Shown: positions 1 through 12,769 of the stretch, piece by piece
Position numbering within the stretch: position 1 is the stretch's first letter
Layout of the letters: every line of letters begins with the position of its first letter
NCBI GenBank assembly: GCA_001938485.1
Contig: MQRK01173128.1
Coordinates: 1 to 63,973 of the forward strand
DNA from: Girardia tigrina
Lineage: Eukaryota
Reading direction: 5' to 3'
Length of the DNA stretch: 63,973 nt
The notes under the pieces: model-generated
The model's database searches: none
The model's input: the letters and a program-made list of their open reading frames with translations, nothing else
Told to the model about the DNA's origin: nothing
Translations under genes and position numbers: made by a program

Positions 1-523
1 TGGTACCCATCGGCCGATCTTATGAATCTTTCCCATCTGCCTGAGGCGATTGCTAACAGCTTGTTGAGTAACACTTAATTGCTCTGCCAGTTGGTTTTGT
101 GTTTGCGAATCATTTTCGTTCAAAAAAGCTTGCAATTCCACATCTTCGAAACCTTTTCGTGGTTTCCCATGGTCCTTATCTGCAACATCAAAGTCACCAC
201 CATGGAAGCGCCGAAACCATCGTTCACATGTATCTTGCGNNNNNNNNNNNNNNNNNNNNNNNNNNNNNNNNNNNNNNNNNNNNNNNNNNNNNNNNNNNNN
301 NNNNNNNNNNNNNNNNNNNNNNNNNNNNNNNNNNNNNNNNNNNNNNNNNNNNNNNNNNNNNNNNNNNNNNNNNNNNNNNNNNNNNNNNNNNCAATTTATG
401 AGTTACGTATGAGACACTACATAATTACTCAATATTATGACATCATTGCGTAACCATTGACCTACTTTTTGCATTGTGCACAATCCGTTTTCTGAAATCC
501 GCATTTCATAATTGTACACCTAA
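1..523 (-). mobile_element. mariner transposon 5' part (Mos1/mauritiana-like), runs off the window start
   Basis: Minus strand 1-239 reads QDTCERWFRRFHGGDFDVADKDHGKPRKGFEDVELQAFLNENDSQTQNQLAEQLSVTQQAVSNRLRQMGKIHKIGRWVP (Mos1-type HTH up to WVP); TIR TTAGGTGTACAATT ends at 523 next to TA. Confidence 0.9.
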
Positions 524-769
524 TATATACAGTATACCTATTTATATACACAAACATAGTTTATTTATTTATTTATTTAAATTAATTATTATGATAAAAT
601 TTTCTTAAAGAATTTTACATTATTATTCATTCTATTAAATTGATTTACTACATCAACAATTTTCTGTCCAATTTTAATCCCTAACAATTATTATTATTTA
701 TTATTTTTATTATTATTATTATTAATAATATTATTATTATTATTACACATTGTGTCTAAAAGAGAAAGT

Positions 770-1344
770 ACGGGCCCACTGAAAAATTTGTTTTTTTGGC
801 TGTTTTTAACAAAAAATTAAAAAATAGTTAGTAACAAACAATATAAAATCAAATTGTATTATATTAAAAATTTTCGAGCTTTTAAAATTACAAAATTTAT
901 CAATTATTTCATTAAAATAGAGATTTCTTGCAATATCGTTATTAATATGCAACTTGTTCATTGTAGATCTCAAGCAAGTCCTAATACGTTCGAGAGCTGA
1001 AAACGTACGTCCAGACTCGGTTACTGAAACCGGGATTGTCAAAAATATTCTTAACACAACTAAAAGATTTGGAAAAATTTATTTCAACTTAAAAAATATT
1101 AAACATCTTTCCATCACATTTTATGATTAAAATTGATTTAAATGATTTTTTTATCAAATTGAATAAACAAATTATCAAACAAACTTTTTGTATTATAAAA
1201 ACAAGACAATGACAAGCAAATCATCGCATTTAACACATTAATTTTATTTTCTCATATTTTTTTCAAATGAACTTCTGAAGATTTGGGGCCCGAAATTGCG
1301 GACTCCAGGGGCCATTGCCCCGGGCCTCTCTCTCCTAGGGCCTG
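770..1344 (-). mobile_element. hAT transposon remnant (C-terminal dimerisation domain plus GC-rich terminus)
   Basis: ORF 806-1057 LRIFLTIPVSVTESGRTFSALERIRTCLRSTM matches the hAT dimerisation motif (SA..ERSFS.L..I...LRS.M); terminus CAGGCCC...GGGGCAATGGCCCC at 1344. Confidence 0.8.
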
Positions 1345-2130
1345 ATCACCAGTATAAATATTTCCATAAAAATTTTAAAGTAAAACAATTTTTTTGATGT
1401 TATTATAAAAATTTTAGATTCATAAAAAATTTCTTTCAGTTTAATTGAAATAATTTAGGAAGTTATTAAATTAAACAAATTTACGAATCTCACTCTTAAT
1501 AATATTACATGTATATAACAAAAAATATTTATTCCCATGATATATTTGATAAAATACGAATAAAAAAGAATGTACTTCCTAATTTCCTTTAATCTGTATT
1601 TGTCAGACGACACTTAAATGTGATGCAAAAATTAAAACTGTCTAAAGATATTTTCAAAGACTAGCGACATTATACAGATTTTTATTCAACAAAAATATAA
1701 ACATCTTTCTTTTGTAAATTCGATCTTATCTTCAATATTTCTGAAGTGACATTTGATTAGATATACTAATATAAACCATATTGGCAACGACTGAAGGGTA
1801 TTCACTAAATATGTCAAACAAATATTTTTTGTTATTTTCTTGGTAATAAAAACTTGTCAAAAAATATAAACTTAGTTTAAGCGCTATGAGCCCCTGGTTC
1901 TTCAGTACAGACGTACCCCCAACTATTCGATTTTGCTTCTTTTACATCAAACTCTATTCATGTTTCTTTTTCCTCTGATCAGTCCTCTTTTTATAATCAT
2001 TTTCGTAGACAATTTTAGTTAAATTAATTAATAAATGACATAAAATCTACTTTTTATGATTATTCATTTTTTCTCATTTATATACTTTAAGACTTCTCAA
2101 AATCCCACATTTTATAATAATAAGCCTCCC

Positions 2131-2760
2131 TTAAATGTGACGGATAACCATATATACATAGTAAACTACAATACTCATCATTGGCGCACATTGTAGACAA
2201 TCATAGACTCTGTATGGGGGGAAACGTAAAAAAATTCTTAGAGCTTTTATTTTTCTCCTATAGCTTTGAATGCAAGAGTGCGAGCCTTCAGTACCAGAGC
2301 AAATGTCGGTTTGCATCTAAAAAATGACCGATCATGATCCCATGTACCATGGTTATGAAGGGCTTTCCCTGTATAAGCGCACTTAGAGCGACGAGAAAGA
2401 GACATTCGAATCCATCTATCTGTTATATTATCTAGCCAAAAAGTAGAAATTTCGTTTGGGATCACTCCTTGATCGCTCTCATCAGTAGTACCACCAGACA
2501 CTGGTTCATAAATACTTACGATTAGATTCAAAGTATCTGCACGTCTTTTTTCTAAGATGTTTCGTGCATTTACAGTACTATTAGTACCATTAAGATTTAT
2601 TCTATGATCAGCTAACATTTACATCTGTAACTATCTTTTAGTTTTATAAGTGTTATCTATAGAGCATATGTAATAACCACCACCCTTTTGTCGATGAGGT
2701 ACCATATCCAAATATACATTCTTTATATGTATTTTTAATTCCTTCGGTTTGTGAATTTTT
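2131..2760 (-). other. GC-richer island with a 123-aa ORF (2247-2618) of unknown identity
   Basis: Long open frame in otherwise AT-rich DNA; flanking frames are broken; no recognised motif. Confidence 0.3.
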
Positions 2761-3419
2761 TACGTTAAAAAGGGAACGTACATCTTACTCTCATGATACG
2801 CATTTTTTTCTAATAATCTCCATACAACCTTTCTTCTACACAAAATTTTTAATAAAAAATAATCACCATTTTTAAATAAGATATTTTCAAAGAAAATAAT
2901 AAATATGTAATAACCACAAAAATAATAATTCAATAATAATAATTCAAATAAATTATTCTAATAATTCGCATGACTTTGTATTTGATCTTTTTTTACAAAT
3001 ATTGAAATACTAGAAAAAGACCCATCATATGTGATTGAAGAGCTGAATTTTCTTCCTTGAAAGTTTCTGTTTTAATTTTAAAATCATAATAATTCTAAAT
3101 AAATATATTTTATATGCGTATGTTAGACACTATTTTAAAAAACTGCAATCGTTCTATCATATTATGCATATATCTACCAGTTCCGCAGACACTGCTTATT
3201 TTTGGCTTGTAATTTCATATTAGCCGGAGTTATTATGCATTGATTAAAGAATTAAAAAATTAAGCCATGCAAAACCAAGAAAAAAATTTGATCACATAAA
3301 AATTTGAGCGTTACGCAAATAAAACTGTGGGCTTTTATATATATACATAATAATTTCTCTGTTATATAAAATTCCAAATAATCGTTATTCTGTTACTTAT
3401 TTTGATCCACAAATTACGA

Positions 3420-3900
3420 AAGTCATTCTGAAATCAAAGATAAATCAAGTCGAAAAATGGAAATACTTCTGTGAGCATTCATTAGTTTCATAAAAAAAAT
3501 ATACAATTTATACAGAGTCCAAAAAAGTAAAAGACGAAATAGCGATCAGAGCCTTAGGATAAAGGGAATGCGCGTTTGAAGCTAAAAATTTGGTAAGAAA
3601 CTGTTATGTAACATTATTAGAAATAAAGAAAGGGTTTCAAGAGTTTGATTTCAATGTAGGTAAAGTTAAAGTTTTTAAATATTTGTTAAAATGGAATTCT
3701 GATCCAAATGTTCACCACAAAAACACTCTTCTGATGAAGAGATATTGTAAATAAAGATTAGAATTGGTCGGGAAATATTGCATAAAACCAGTAAAATTTT
3801 GAAGTAAAGTGTGAACTACATTGTAGTGGGTTAAACATGTATATATATATATAATTATTAAATTGATATCAATTGAAAAATCGATTGTTAAACTAGTTTG
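3420..3900 (+). pseudogene. possible decayed Penelope-like RT N-terminal fragment
   Basis: GATAAAGGGAATGCG (DKGNA) near 3558 resembles the PLE RT upstream motif; the rest is heavily degenerate. Confidence 0.25.
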
Positions 3901-3959
3901 TTGGTAAGATAATTTTATTATTCTTTCTTTGGAATTATTTTATTTAATTGAAGACAATT

Positions 3960-5130
3960 TATTGGTCTTTTATATAAAGTATTATTCACAGATGAAACTA
4001 AAGTATCTATACGTTGTGAAACAAATATTAATGATTGTAAGGATGTGTGAATTATTATTATTATGTGAATTATTATTATTATTAATATTGAAATTATTAT
4101 TATAAACATATTATTATCATTATTAGATGTGTGTGGAAAGTATGTGTGATTATGAAGTATGAAATTGCGTAACAGGATTGAGAGTTTGATGATATAATGT
4201 ATGTATGTAATAGTGTGCGGTGTCAATCATGTGATGCTAACCCAGCAGATCTCCCTAATCCAGTTATGCAACCGGATCGAGGTGTACTTCTATATAAGAT
4301 AGAATGATTAGTTTATTATTGTATTATTAATATATCTTAGCAAATAATCTTGTCTCTTAATATGGCGACCACGACCGGAGTACAAAATTTTATCAGATCA
4401 CCAGAAACATTTCAGAGAAACGGAGACCTGGATAATTTTATTCTGGAATTAAAAAGATTCTTCGAGCTCACTCAACAGCCTCCAGAATTTCAGGAAACTT
4501 TGATAAAAGCATTCTTGTCAGTCGAATTAGTAACCCAATATGAAGAAACCCAAAGCACAACTGAAGGATTTGAAGACCGACTCCAAAAAGTGTTTGAACC
4601 AAAAAAGAATTTAGCATTAGATTTGGAAGCTGCGTTACGTTTCTGTAAATCGGATGAGAATTGCTTACAATTCTTTGAAAAAATTGAAAAGTTAGTTCAT
4701 AATATTCTCAGACACAAGTTAACGAAGCCTGCATTAATGTTGTTCCTGACACAACATGCAATTGAAGACAGAGAAACAAAGAAATACAAAACTTTAGTAG
4801 TTCTTTGGGGATGTTTTACTACCCAAAATCCTGGTAGAATTCGGTTCGTGAAATATTAGAAAAATGTAATCTTGACTGATATATCAGTATTTTAGAGACA
4901 CAAGTAATGTTTGTTGTAGCAAAATAGTTTGGTGAAAGTAATGGTTTTGCAGATGATGATTCTTTACCTCACAATTAAAAAGTTAAAGACTAAATTAAAT
5001 AATTATTTTTACTAAAGAACATTATACAATTTACAAGAGAAGTTGAAAATGGAAATTACTGTTACAACAGTAAAGTTTGATGGATCAAGAAGGAAATTGT
5101 TGCAGCAAAGAGTGCAGCGTGACGCCTCTG
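3960..5130 (+). mobile_element. Tc1-like transposase remnant interrupted by an LTR retroelement
   Basis: KVLFTDETKV (~3977-4006), then after the LTR/gag insert LVVLWGCF..NPGRIRFV (~4794-4850) and FADDDSLPH (~4946-4972); these are Tc1 DDE-region motifs. Confidence 0.65.
4036..4780 (+). mobile_element. Ty3/gypsy 5' LTR (4036-4362), PBS (4363-4374) and truncated gag
   Basis: Starts TGTAAGG and ends TCTTAATA directly before TGGCGACCACGA (complement of a tRNA-Arg-type 3' end); ORF MATTTGVQNFIRSPETFQRNGDLDNFILELKRFFEL is gag-like. Confidence 0.8.
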
Positions 5131-6639
5131 TAAACGGTCTACTAGGTAAGTTATACCCTTTACTAAATCTATGCAAAACTAATCTGATATCTAAAATATA
5201 TCGGTAGTTTAATTCAATTTTCTAGACGATGTTTTATAATTTATACAATAAATTATATTTTATTATTTTTACATAAGTTGTTTGACACGAGTCTAAGACA
5301 GCAATATATATGGGTCAAACATAATAATATTTACAAGCAATTAAATCTAGAATTCAACAAATGTAAATATTTCTGTATTCAGATAAAAATGTTCTTTTGC
5401 AGATAAAAAATACAAATGAGACAGAAATTATTGTTTTTATATCTTCGTATTTTCTTCAATTCACAAATTTTACGTAACTTATTTGTAAAAATATGATTAT
5501 TTTTAAAAATTATCAAAAAATCTTTTTAATATAATAATAAAAACTGTTTTTTCCTGTTCCTCTTTTTTATTTTGCCACTTAACAGTGGATAATTAACATT
5601 CAAACGTTCTGACTGGTGATTAATGGCAACAGTTAGAACTAAGGACAAAATGTCTCTTCAATTTGTAATTAAAAACTTTTAAAAATTTCTAATGTTGTGT
5701 ACCGCAACATTTTACTACAATACTACATACATTAAAAAAACACTTATTTTATGGTTAAAAAAATACAAATAGTATCGTGTAAAAAGATTTTTTCTTTCAA
5801 GGTAAAAATTAACTTTTATGTAAAAAATTATTTTATGTATAAAAAACAATGCAAAAATGATATTTGTTTTAATTTTTTAATTTAATAAATTTTACAAAAT
5901 GCTGAGTTGACTTATTTTTGAATAAATAAATTTTTATCCATGGCATTATTCTCGTTCACGGCGTTTCCAGACGACCAGCAATTATTACAAAATTATTTAG
6001 TTGAACATCACCTTAATACTTCATAAAAGATTTATGATCAAAAAAATATAATCTTTTCATTAAAAATTAAAATACATTTATGATCAAATTTATAATAAAT
6101 CAATGTTTTATGTCAGAAGTATGCAACCTTTTTAGTATTGTAGACCAATGCGAAGGAAAAAAATCCCAAGGGGGTTTTCAGGAATCAAATAGCGTTATGA
6201 TTTTTATTGCCCTTTCTTGTTTTCAGTCTGATCCTGATTTCATGGAGGTCTAGGTCGGGCTCCCATGTCAAGTGGGCCGTGGGCAGTGATTGGAGTTGAT
6301 TAAAACGTTTTTTCGTAAACAGAATTATAGTCATATTTGCCTTATACTAACGATAATCGCTATAATATGAATTCAGTGTTCAAGTCAAACAATCGGTTTT
6401 TAAATTGAAATTGTTTACTTTTTCGGTGTAATATTATCTTTAATGTGGTATTTTTAAAAATATTATTTTCTTTTCTCATAACACTGTCAATTAAAATAAC
6501 TGAAATTCTTTATCTACCAATTGTAATTTTTGGTTTTTTTGAAAATCCATAACAACTTTGAATTTATGTTTTCAAAAGATTTTTAAAACTGAAAATTAAA
6601 TGTCGTTGTATTTCAATAAAAGAAATAAAACGGTAAAAT

Positions 6640-7125
6640 TTTTGTCCAGAAAGTTTACTGTTGTGTTACCTTGGAATGGGCGTGAGAAAAAGCGGAAAAA
6701 GATTCCGCAAATGCGATTGACTTTTAGGAGAGCTAAAATTCGATGTTGTCGTAGTATTATGGTGATTGTGGGAAGATAACTGACGATTTAGTGCTCGATT
6801 GGAACAATAACAAAAACAATGACTATAAAATCTATTTTTGGTGAATTTTTTGATAATGATATCGATTTTCTACACACAAATTCTCTATCGGGATATTTTG
6901 ATGGTGAAGTCGTTGAAGAAGAATTTCGTGGTATGCGACCAGAGTAATGTACGGCTGTCACGGGCTGCGGACGTCTCAGGGAGCGGGATCACACGAGGGA
7001 ATGAAAGAGGAACGAGATTTTTCTTTTTTAGGGTTCCCCAAGACAAGTATGGATGACTTACGGCTGCAGATCGTCGCAAACGTGTTCACAAGCCATTCTG
7101 CGATTAGGAGGGCTTATTTATTTTT
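6640..7125 (+). mobile_element. Merlin/ISXO2-like transposase remnant
   Basis: GITRGNERGTRFFFFRVPQD, then frameshifted SMDDLRLQIVANV...RRAY; resembles GGIER.T..CF.V.V.DR....L...I..NI...D.WRAY. Confidence 0.5.
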
Positions 7126-7439
7126 TTTATTTTGGTTTGATAAATAATGGTAAAGTGTTGGTTTCTTTAGTGTATGTGTTTTATTTCTTTTAAATATATC
7201 AATAAACATAACAAAATGAACAAGGTTTTTCTTTAAATTTTTTTGATTTTGTATTTTTTTATTTTAATAAAATAGATAAAACAAGAAAGACAAGAAAAAT
7301 TTCTCTTAAAATTCTCTTACTCTGATAGTTAAAGCTAGAAAATATTCCTTGCTGGCTATTTCTTTTAAATTAATTGTACTGTTTTGTGCTATACAGTTTA
7401 AATCAAAAGAATAAGTGTCTCAAAGAATAAAAAAATCAG

Positions 7440-7900
7440 AAAAAGAAATAGGAAGATTCATTCATAAAGTATTTTTGCTTTTTGTGGCAATAACAACTTC
7501 AAGATGTCGTGGCATAGATGATATAAGACTGGCAATGTTCAACTAACATTTAATGTCTCAATATAGCTTTTGTCTTTGCTTTCAAATCGGAAAGTAAATG
7601 ATGAGGAGGCCTTCGATAATCTTAGTTGTTTCCAGATAGCCTAATAATTCTTTTTCTGTCATGACATCACATGGATATTTTGGCCAAAGATTCAGAAAGG
7701 TTTCTACTTTAACACGTTTTCCCTACCTCGATGGGCTAGTCGTGGGCGCCGTTTTATTGGAATGTGTAACAACAATGTACATATTGTGAAAGGTGCTTGC
7801 AGTGGAAATATGGAGAGATTTGAAAAGGATCAAACATATAAAAAAAGTCGTTATTCGATCTATTATAAATCAATACGAATTTATATGCCAATCATCAATA
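7440..7900 (-). mobile_element. Tc1-like transposase C-terminal remnant
   Basis: Minus strand FQ*NGAH, WPKYPCDV and SSMPRHLEVVIATK resemble FQQDNAP, WPAQSPDLN and SMPRRL.AVI. Confidence 0.6.
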
Positions 7901-8199
7901 TTCAAATATTCTATCTTAACGACAAAACATTTGACATTTACTTCATAGAATAATCTGCACTGGCAGTATTTAAAAAAAGTAATCAGATACATAATGAAAA
8001 TAGCCAAGTTCCGTGCCATTTAAATATAAATTCGAAAAACGAAACCATTCGATCGAATATGCAAAGCTCAAGGTGAAGAAGATACATCAGATAAATTGGA
8101 ACAATAAATTGAATATCTAAAACCAAATAATTTCGATCAAAAAAGAATTTTCACTAAAATATACACAATCGATTTATTTCGAAAAATTAGGCTGTAAAG

Positions 8200-9773
8200 G
8201 AGAGGTGCACCACCGGCGGCCGTGGAGAAGTGTATGAATTTAATCATTAAATTAAAATTTTAAACATTAATTAAAATTTAAACATTAAATTTTAATGTAT
8301 AATGCGATCATATATTAGGTGTATAGCTTAGTTTTTTGGATTTTCTAAGAGATGGTGTAACCTTTGTAATAAGCATTATGTTACAGTCGTACGTACAGAT
8401 TTTTAAAGTGCTGAAATTGAGGCATTAAAATTAAGTAGGTCATTGACATTAAATGCGTCATAAACATATTTTTAATCACGTTTTAGCATGACAACTTTCA
8501 TACCAACAAAACAGCATTTGCGGGAAGCACTACTGTTNNNNNNNNNNNNNNNNNNNNNNNNNNNNNNNNNNNNNNNNNNNNNNNNNNNNNNNNNNNNNNN
8601 NNNNNNNNNNNNNNNNNNNNNNNNNNNNNNNNNNNNNNNNNNNNNNNNNNNNNNNNNNNNNNNNNNNNNNNNNNNNNNNNNNNNNNNNNNNNNNNNNNNN
8701 NNNNNNNNNNNNTCATTACTGAAGGAAGATTCTACTCAAACAGAGAAAGAGCTTGCAAAACAGTTAAATGTTACTCAAGCAGCCATAAGTAAACGTCTAC
8801 ATGCTATGAAAATGATTCAAAAAGAAAAAAATGGATACCACATGAATTGAATCAAGCCAACATTGAAAGTCGATTACTGATATTCAATTCATTGCTTACA
8901 AGCAACGAAGATGGTCGTTTTTGCATAATATTGTGACTGGAGATGAAAAATGGATNNNNNNNNNNNNNNNNNNNNNNNNNNNNNNNNNNNNNNNNNNNNN
9001 NNNNNAACTCTAAACGCAAGAAATCGTGGGTTCATCCCGGCGAACCGTCCACGTCAACAGCAAAAAGAAACATTCATGGAAGCAAGGTTATGTTGTGCAT
9101 TTGGTGGGATCATAAAGGTGTACTATACTATGAGCTGCTGAATTCGAATGAAATTGTTAATGCAGAACGTTACGAACAACAGTTAATGAAATTGAACGAT
9201 GCATTATTGAAGGAATAACATCCTATTCCAGCCAACAAACAGCGCACAGTGATTTTGATCCATGACAATGCTCGGCCACATGTCGCAAAACAAGTAAAAA
9301 ACACGTTGGAAGCACTTAAATGGGAAATTCTACCGCATGCTGCCTATTCACCAGATTGTGCCCCATCAGATTATCATCTGTTCCGATCAATGCAAAGCGC
9401 TCTTCGGGACCAGCACTTCAGAAACCAGGAACGTATAAAAAATGGCTGGAACAATGGATCGCATCAAAAGACCAAAACTTTTTGTTCAATGGAATTCATA
9501 ATTTGCTTGAAAGATGGTCGAAAGTCATAATTAACGATGGAAAATATTTTGATTAGAATAAAACTTATTATGTCATATAAATAAACTTGTCTGTTCTGCA
9601 AAAAAATCCAAAAAACTAAGTTATACACCTAATATATCAAATGTTTGTGCAGTATCATGGCTTATGGCAGGCAATAGCGTCTTGCCAATAATCGCTTCGA
9701 AATTCATGCACCCATGGTACCAGAAGACTTATTGCTTTGTGGCCATCAACGACAAAACGTTTGCGCACCCCTG
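8200..9773. mobile_element. hAT/Charlie-type non-autonomous element hosting the mariner insertion
   Basis: Termini GAGAGGTGCACCACC...CGGCCG and AAAACGTTTGCGCACCCCTG resemble Charlie-type ends and flank the mariner. Confidence 0.45.
8315..9632 (+). mobile_element. full-length defective mariner (mauritiana/Mos1-like, D,D34D)
   Basis: TIRs TTAGGTGTATAGCTTAGTTTTTTGGATTTT / AAAATCCAAAAAACTAAGTTATACACCTAA with TA on both sides; WIPHEL, IVTGDEKW, HDNARPH, YSPDCAPSDYHLF; frameshifts and stops. Confidence 0.95.
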
Positions 9774-10017
9774 TTTTAAGGAAACATATTTCTTCGTGAA
9801 TAAGACTCCTTTTCCGTCAAAACCTCTGACTTAAAAAGGACGGAGAGTCTTATAAGCATAATAGTAAAAATTCATGTTCCAAATAGCGTTACAATGAGAG
9901 AAAATGAACTAGTTTTCATATTCTTTATACCATAATAATAATAATGAATCAAATAATCAAAAGCTATTATCTGCCAAAATTAACATAATTTTATCTATTA
10001 AAAATTGGTTGACAAAA

Positions 10018-10330
10018 ATGACTGAGAATAAAAGATATGCATATTCTGCCAATTTCAAGTTAAAAGTGGTTGAATTTGCTAAATAAAAGGAAAATAAAGG
10101 TACCAAAAGATACTTTGGACTTCTTCCAACTACATGCTTTATTTGATAGCGTGAAAAAAGAATAGTAGCTTCTCAAGATACCAAGGACAAAGGAAGCTTC
10201 TGGAAGAAAAGGTAAAAATTAGAAAGTTTGGTGGAAAGGCTCAAAGGTTAGGTGAGATTTCCGAGCCAGAGTGGATTTTATACCCTGGAAACGTTTTGCG
10301 CGAGGAAAGATGTACAGTGTATGATAAGAG
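10018..10330 (+). mobile_element. pogo-like transposase N-terminal remnant
   Basis: MTENKRYAYSANFKLKVVEFAK*KENKGTKRYFG resembles the Brinker-type HTH start of pogo transposases. Confidence 0.55.
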
Positions 10331-12350
10331 CAGAACAACATTAAATACATTTGCTTTTGACTAATGTTAATGTTTTAGATTAATTATTTTATATTTTTTT
10401 GTATTTATATTATTTTCTTAATTTGCTATTAGTGTCACTTTATATTTTTAAATAAACATAATCGATATGAAATTGTCTTATCTTATTTTTTGTTTACGTG
10501 TTTTCTGATCCTAATGTATGATCATTATGTATTTCCATAACCTTTTACATGTTCCATGACATTCTTTACTGTAACTAGAATGTCACTTTAATAAATAAAT
10601 GGTAACCAATTATGAAAAGCGGTCGGAAATATAACTTCATGTCAAATTATTCATGATAATATATAAATATTAATTTCTTGCTTTAAAACTTTAAATATAA
10701 CTTAACACCAATTAATTATCCTTCTGTATTGAAACAAATAATACCAATATAATCATATTTATATAATTATAACATTTCTTCGGAAATAAATTATTTATTT
10801 TCAAACTTTATGTAATAAAAATTAATTAAAACAAATTAAAAAAATTTCTTTTATTAAACTAAAATAATAAAAATTTATTAATTCTAATCACCATACCCAC
10901 TGTTCTATTACCATGATAAAATAAAATAAATTAATATTTTCAATTTAATAATATAATTATATCTGCAACTTATTTGTTTAAAGAAAATGGAAATAACCGA
11001 AATAAATTCTGAAAATGATTTATTACATCAATTTAGCATCTGTAAAATTTATTTCAGCAAAATTTGTTTCAGAAAACGAAGATTTGCTTAACAATTTTTT
11101 TAATGTTTTTGTTAAAAATCCATTTGTCTGGTAAAATTACATATGATTTTATGGTTTTTTTCGACATTTCTAAGTTGAAATAATGTAAAATTAGATTAGA
11201 TGTTCTATTTCATCTTCCCTTGACACCTTCAATATTTTATACATATTTTCAAAATAAAATAATGTCTGAATTTATCAAAATATATAATACAAAATATATA
11301 AAAATATATTTATTTTATAAATATGTTTATATAAAAATTAAAAGCACTTTGTATATAATTTTATTTGATAAATATTCATTGGTTACAAATTATATAAAAA
11401 TATTTCAAAATTTTATCACATTATTAAAATATAAAATATTTTCCACATTCTTTTAAATTTCTATGTTTCTGTTGTTTTTGTCAGGAAATTCATTTAATTA
11501 ATTTAAAAAATTTAAAAATTTCAACAATGAAATAATTTTAATAAATTAATTAAATCGAATAATTTTATTTTAAATTAAAATATTTTAATTTAATTTTTTA
11601 AAATTTATTATAAACTCTTTAATTCAGAAAGTTTATTTTTAATATATCGGCTTGGTTTTGTTTGCTGATATTATTTAACCGGTTTTGAAAATTATTATTT
11701 TTTGAAAATTAAGAATTAAAAAAAATTGAGGAATCTGTAAAATTAAATATACATATTGTTAATAAGATCTTGTGATCTGAAAATCAATTTATTAAAAGTT
11801 TTCTATTAATTTTATGTACAGGTAATATACACAATTACTCATTTTAGATATAGTAAAAATGACATAATCAGTAATCTTATGATGACAATAAAACTATAAA
11901 AAAATAATATCATTAAATATTATTATAGAAAAAATTATCTTAGAAGCAGTTAATTTATGCTTCAAAAAATCTATAAATATTATAAGTAAAAAAGATAAAA
12001 TTTATTATAAATAAAATTATATTAACTAAAAACAATTTTAACGGAAGGAGAAATAAAAAGTAATTGTTTGATCACAATGAAAAAGAAATCGCAGAATAGG
12101 AGTAAATAATAAGTGTTGACTTAAAGGGTTAATTTGTCCGTCTTCTAAAGTTCGTTAATTTTCTATCGTAGACTTAAAGGTTGGTTAGAGTGAAATTTTG
12201 ATGCTTTAAGCGTATCTTTATTAATCAATTAATTAAATATAATTTATTACATATAATCATTATTAATCAATAATATAAGTCACTGTGGTGAACTCCAAAC
12301 AACGTCACATGTAAATAAATAAATAAAAAAGAAAATTCTATAATATTATA

Positions 12351-12725
12351 AACTAGTAAATCAACAAAAAATTAAAATTTTTATATCCATTGCAATCAGA
12401 ACTCTACTTTACCAACAACGTTTTTAAAATTTAAAAATTTAAAATTAAAAAACACATTAAAAATCAATATAAACTACTTTTAATTTATAAATAGATATCT
12501 TGCATTTAATATTGCACAGGAACTCCGGAATTTTCCGTTTTTTTCCAATTTTGGGATTTTAAAAAGTTTTTTTCGATCTAAGTTTTGCATAATCATTTAT
12601 TGTCATCGAGAATGAGTAAGAGTGCAAAGTTTGAAGAAAATCGGTTGAGAAAAAGATCTTGAAAAACAGGTTTCTAAATCCCATGGATGCACACACACAC
12701 ACACACACACACANNNNNNNNNNNN

Positions 12726-12767
<42 letters not shown>
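12351..12767 (+). mobile_element. DINE-1/Helentron-associated-like non-autonomous repeat, copy 1
   Basis: Starts AACTAG, contains AAAGTTTGAAGAAAATCGGTTGAG and ends in (CA)n(TA)n; homologous to 26226-26600 (inverted) and 36683-36935. Confidence 0.65.

Positions 12768-12769
<2 letters not shown>

Noticed and set aside
2440-2490. Minus-strand CTGATGA..GATCA/TGATC..GAAA hammerhead-like core
   Set aside because: Stems I and III cannot be formed.
11220-11456. AT-rich ORFs rich in I/F/K/Y/N (also 18831, 35052, 48678 and similar)
   Set aside because: They are compositional artefacts of AT-rich non-coding DNA with no motifs or splice support.
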